Shown: one piece after another, positions 61,168 to 64,000 of the stretch
How positions within the stretch are numbered: the stretch's first letter is position 1
How the letters are laid out: each line of letters starts with the position of its first letter
Assembly (NCBI RefSeq): GCF_006345805.1
Contig: NC_042998.1
Location: forward strand, 163,804,001 to 163,868,000
Reading direction: 5' to 3'
DNA length: 64,000 nucleotides
DNA from: Octopus sinensis
Taxonomy: Eukaryota
The notes under the pieces: generated by a model
What the model saw: only the letters and a program-made list of their open reading frames with translations
What the model was told of the DNA's origin: nothing
The model's database searches: none
Translations under genes and position numbers: made by a program

Positions 61168-62255
61168 TTGTTTTAGTTCTTCTCTACCAGCGTGACGAGA
61201 GTGTGAAGCATATTTGCGTTTTATTATGTGATAGTTCATTGTTATTGGAGACAAGCGGAGCACGTAAGTAATATATGCATGATTGGACATTACAACACAA
61301 GGTCGGAACCTTTTGTGGAACATGACATGAACGCGTTAAATAAGGAAACGTAGAAGACGAGAGACCATCTCATTGAACAAAGCTACATAGTTCAGTTCAG
61401 ACCTCCTTGTGAATCGTGTCTGAGGTTGAATTCGCCAACTTCTTACAACTTTAAGATAAAGTTTCTAGAACCTTTTAATTCAAGCCATTTGATGAGAAAA
61501 TTTGCACCCTTTCTTCGAAGTTCACAGCATCAACCAATGCTGATTAGACAAGCCATATTCATGTAGGCATCAATACCATTTATGGCGGCATTTTGCATTT
61601 TATGGCAGTAAGATAGATCGTGGTCTTGAGCAGAGAAAATCGGTGAGCAATGGTTCAAGTCACAGCAAGAGCTTCACTATATGTATTTCATCCTTATTTT
61701 CATATAAGAGAAAAGTTCATATGGATAGATTTCAACCTAAAGTTCCACTAAATAAAGTAGCTGCCCCGCTGAGCTATGTGTTCTTGAAATAACATATTAA
61801 TGCGATCTTTGATTTGAAATGCATGTAACTTAGGAATTGAAAGTAGACGTAAATCAATTCAGAAAGTACAAAAAGACTTGGATATGCCGAGCAAACGAGA
61901 TGAATATGTAGCTGATTTAAAAGTCAAAGATGTCATTATTGCAAATTACTCTTTTTATTTCGCAATCAACATAGAAAAGAAAGCGTTTGTTAAGAATCTC
62001 CTCATATAATAATGAGCATTGTGTTTTTATATATTTGTCCAAAATCACAGAGTAAGAGAAAGAGTAGTGTAAGAGAAGGGAGAGGAGAGAAAATAGTAAC
62101 TCAGTGAAGAAGTAGTGAGAATAATAGTCCTGATTGAGAGAGAGTGAGAGAAAGTAATATATATATATATATACTTTATTTAAAGCATATTACTCTACCA
62201 CTGGTATTTGAGTACTCTTTTTTCCCACCTTGTTTCACATTTATGTGTTTACTCC

Positions 62256-62326
<71 letters not shown>

Positions 62327-62350
62327 CTAAGTTTACAGGGATATATATAT

Positions 62351-62386
<36 letters not shown>

Positions 62387-63008
62387 AAACAATACTGGGA
62401 GGATAAGAAACGAAGAATCGAACGAACCCGACGCGAAGCGCTGTCAGACAATAGTGTAATAAAGGCCTTTTCGTTTGTTTTTCTCGTTTGTTTTCTTGTT
62501 TATTTTGATTTCTCGTATTGTATTTTATTTCTCGTTTTGTATTTTCTTTTACATGTATTTTTATCTTGTATTTTATTGTGCAGTTTTATTGTTACGTCCT
62601 GTTTGTGCTACATTTTTTTCTTGCTCATTTTACCCCTCTGCGAGGTTATTTCATTTTAATTCTCTCGCAGGAAGGCCTAGTATTGACGAGTCGTGTCCTG
62701 TCTTGCCTTCGAAACACGCTTAAGTCTACTAGCGACAACTGATGATTGGGGAATTCCCTTGTGTAGCTTGTCCTGTACCTTTTTTCTGTTGTAAATAATG
62801 TTTTTCCGTTTTCGTTCTCGTCCTGTTCCACGTCTCTGTCTTTCTGTTGTAAAAAAATGGCTTTTCCGTTTTCGTTTCTGTTGAGTTCTACGTCTTTTTG
62901 TGGTGTCCTGTATTTACGTATATATATTTATATATGCATGTATATATACATGTAGATGTAGGTACGTACATATATGTTTGTATGTATGCATATATTTTAT
63001 TTATTACA

Positions 63009-63042
<34 letters not shown>

Positions 63043-64000
63043 TTTGTAGAAATACATAAATCCGGAGGAGAAGCACACTCTAAGATGTAGAGCAGTTAAT
63101 ATAATGGGGGAGGCTAGTTTATTGGGTTACCCTGGGTTTCTCGCTCATAAGGGGTTTGGCCTTACGGCCTATCTTCAGACCCCAAACACTGCTGGCCTTT
63201 TAACGAGGGATGTTGCTAATGAAAACGTCAACACTTTAATAATTGGACTGGTTCATTAATCCAGCGGCTGTGAATGACTCTTGTGCAGTAACTGACAATA
63301 ACACTCGTGTCCGTGCGCGAACAACTTTGTGTCCAAAGTTTTATTCAGGTGCGTAACAAACGAACTCATACAGTGAGTACATAATGTTCAATAATGTTAT
63401 CTGGGATGAAGAAAAGGTTCTGAACATCTTGCCATGTCCCACGATGACAATGAGAAAATAGAAGTAATTCAAGCTACAAAATTTACTTTCCCACAGGCAC
63501 TAGGCGTAGAATATCATAGCGAGTTGCTGGTGGGAAATAAATATCGAATCCATGTACCTGCCTTTCTCTCCGATGTTGACCTTGTCGTATCGTAGAGAAA
63601 GAGAAGTTCAATCGGAATACGCTCTTAAGTAGGCAATATGCTTCTACTGCCCTCTTATGTATCGTTTGCTAGTAAAGGGGGAGCTAACCAAGTTGTATTT
63701 TCTTAAAATTTCCTTGGATTCTTCTTTTAACATCAAGACTTTCTAATTTCTTAAGCTTTCCCTTCCACCAAAAAAAAAAAAAAAAATGGAATGCTTTGGT
63801 TTCAACTCAGTTTGAAATTTCATTCTTTTGGAGGAATAGCATGTTTTAAAATACTGAAATGATTATTTAGATATGAAGAAGGTGTTTTATAAAGTTTTAA
63901 TTTCCTTTAAGTGATTGCTTGCATTTAATTTCTACTTTCAGTTTGTGGTCATAAATGAAGAAATACCATTCATTTATTGTTATTCTTTGACTTGTTTCAA

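Noticed and set aside
63200-63660. CpG-richer unique-looking stretch, possible coding or retroelement ORF
   Set aside because: No ORF of 60 aa or more and no motif recognisable by eye

Overview
Eukaryotic, AT-rich, repeat-dense DNA. The SINE families, (TA)n/(CA)n tracts and gene structure point to a coleoid cephalopod, most likely Octopus (inference from recalled repeat motifs, not a search). Two spliced genes converge tail-to-tail. On + are the last 7 visible coding exons of a centlein-like coiled-coil gene (3298-22600). On - is an apparently complete TAF1C-like gene (RNA polymerase I SL1 subunit; 15 coding exons, 56437-24685, about 930 aa, plus a likely 5' UTR exon ending at 59970). Introns are packed with tRNA-derived SINEs, RTE-like LINE fragments, mariner/Tc1 relics and MITEs. 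Most short ORFs in the supplied track are repeat or microsatellite artefacts. The most interesting signal is a set of small elements carrying minimal type I hammerhead-ribozyme motifs with Penelope-like (PLE) asymmetric inverted architecture. These include a tRNA-headed (Pol III box A/B) SINE ending in a hammerhead (2 copies, both with TSDs), a 598-bp near-perfect palindrome centred on a hammerhead core, a family with a CUGUUGA core variant, and a decayed PLE GIY-YIG 3' end followed by the same style of hammerhead. Exon coordinates were read by hand; repeat boundaries are approximate.
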